Assembly: GCA_965235115.1 (NCBI GenBank)
Contig: OZ249436.1
Location: forward strand, 39,620,001-39,684,000
Source of the DNA: Laetmonice hystrix
Taxonomy: Eukaryota
Length of the DNA: 64,000 nucleotides
Direction: 5' to 3'
The notes beneath the pieces are model-generated. The model was given only the letters and a program-made list of their open reading frames with translations. It had not been told where the DNA came from and did no database searches. Shown piece by piece: positions 62,031-64,000 of this stretch. Every line of letters starts with the position of its first letter. The first letter of the stretch is position 1. A program made the position numbers and the translations under genes.

Positions 62031-64000
62031 CGCACCCCGACACACAAGGCTTTCTGTGTAAATTAATATTGAAGAGGTATATCAGTGGCAGTGTTACCCT
62101 GGCTGGTCGTACCGTTAGGTTGTACTGGGTACTTCAGATGAAAACAAACCCAAGACTCTTACCCCTGACTGCAGGCCTCCTCATGGATGTTGAAGGGGGT
62201 ACAGGCTTAATTGGCACCATTGGTTTAATTGGCTTCCTGTAGGCTGCCACTATGTTAGTCGAAGCCCTGTCGTTGGATACGTGATACTGTTATCTATGCC
62301 TTGGGCAGTGCGAAAATACCATAACTGTCCCTTATTTGTATTTCATACCAGAGTTCATTACACGTAATTGATTGCTCTCTCTATCTCTCTCTGTTACAAG
62401 AATGTGAAATTTCGTTGAATCTAAACTGGCTTTTATTGTGTGTATCCATACATCTGTACACGTATTTAGAGACGACGTGGGAGTAGGCGAAATCCACAGA
62501 ACAGCAATATCAAGAACACAAACCATCATTTGTATACTTTAAAATTGATATCTTCATGTGACTTTTGTGTCAGAATGTAGTTCGACTTCTGCTCCTTGGA
62601 TCATAACCTGTCACTTCAGCCGCTACCTGAGACGGCTGTCCTTTTCATCCACTCTATTTATGTCCGGCACTGTGGCTTCATCACTCAATGTGAACGTGAC
62701 CGCGGCTGCCTCCCACACAAAATCTCTATCAGGATCGCAACAGGTATGACTGATTGCATCGCACAGGCAGCCAGAAATAGAATACACGGCTCAACTAGGC
62801 CTTTCCGACTGCAGCCAGGCTGCCGCGAAGGTCAGTGCTGGCCTGCTGGCTCTTTTATCTGGCGACGTAATTCATATCAAATGTAGCAGGTAGATCCTAC
62901 TTTATCTGGGCCCTGAACAACTTGTTAATCCCGGCTGGCTATTTCATCCCTTTTCCCAAATTTCGGCTCCTTTTATCTATTTGGGACTGGAAGGGGCTGG
63001 CGGAAGGTACTTGAGCGGGCATGCTACTTATCCTGTGACCATTGCGACAGTAACGCTCATTAATCCGGCATGGAGCAATGGCAGTTGGTCGTGGGCTCTA
63101 TGGCATGGCATGGCATTGTATTTTTCTGTGTTTTTTTGTGTCTCTTTTTGTCCATTAGTAAACACTGTAAGCGAGAAAGTAACATTTATCAATTATGAGT
63201 TGAACGAGCATCTATACTACAAGTCGGGCAGAGGACTAATAAAGGCAGGGATGTCGGGTTTATAACGGCAAACACATACACTCAACAGAAAGGGATAATT
63301 TTTGAGAAGTATTCATGAGCTGGTAGGCTTGCCTTTACCTGTCCCAGACCTGAACTCAGAAAGTAAAGTATTCCTGTAGATGTTCTGTAGATCCGAATAA
63401 TAGAATAATAATGGAATACCATGTCCAAGTATTTGATTTTTTTCTTAAAGTACGTTTTAGCTTGACGAACCTGACTTGACAGAAACCTTGTCATGGACTC
63501 TCCCCGCCTGCTATGGACTTGTGGTTATTTTTTTGAGGGTTGGTATCACTATGTGACAGTGGTGGAACGACAATCGGATTGTTTTTTGGCGGTCCCCAAA
63601 ATGGCCGTAACTTGTGTTTAATTATTCTGCCACTCATGAAACAAGTCCTGGGGCCAAATCAGGTGGTACTCTGAATTAGCTATGCTTGATGTAGCTTTCA
63701 CAATGGTGCGGAATGGTACCCTCATCTGCATATTGTGTGAACTATTGAGGCTGATTACGGAGGAAGCCTGGCATCAAATTTTAATAGAAATGCTCCCCGC
63801 ATTTAGTTGCGGCATAATTGCCAGAGAGTATTTTAGATGACGTTACAGACTCGCGCTTCTGCTAGTACGGTTTTTTTGCTGCTTTTTGTTGGCTGTCTTG
63901 GACTATTACTATTCTTTTTATGAATAGGGTTGGAATGGAGAATTAGTGTCTCCATAACAAGAACAGCACTCTCACGCGATAAATCAAGGATTGAATCTGA

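Noticed and set aside
63368..63420. 14-nt miR-10-like match CTGTAGATCCGAAT in a weak hairpin
   Set aside because: The seed (ACCCUG) is missing and much of the match falls in the loop.

Overview
This is non-coding eukaryotic DNA, most likely from a bilaterian invertebrate (inference from the repeat types and the absence of prokaryote-like gene density). I could not support any protein-coding gene, tRNA, rRNA or CRISPR array. Every long ORF in the track comes from reading through a tandem repeat. About 15 kb (roughly a quarter of the window) is mini/microsatellite, in 11 arrays with units of 4, 11/33, 14, 21, 27, ~29, 35+38, 53, 54, 56/64 and 60 bp. The rest carries many non-autonomous DNA transposons with visible terminal inverted repeats (TIRs) and target-site duplications (TSDs): Tc1/mariner-like TA, Kolobok-like TTAA, and hAT-like elements with unusual 5- and 6-bp TSDs. 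There are also fully palindromic MITEs and two diverged copies of a tRNA-headed SINE. The most interesting observations are: (i) an excess of the palindromes TACATGTA and TAGGCCTA, which match the excision footprints expected from two TA-TSD families present in the window; (ii) a 2.1-kb G-rich array bracketed by an 11-bp direct repeat and preceded by an inverted copy of its own unit; (iii) a 1240-bp higher-order duplication in a TTAGGG-containing, G4-prone minisatellite; (iv) divergently oriented CTCF-like motifs. I did not find a clearly new biological system. All family assignments are by eye, without database searches.
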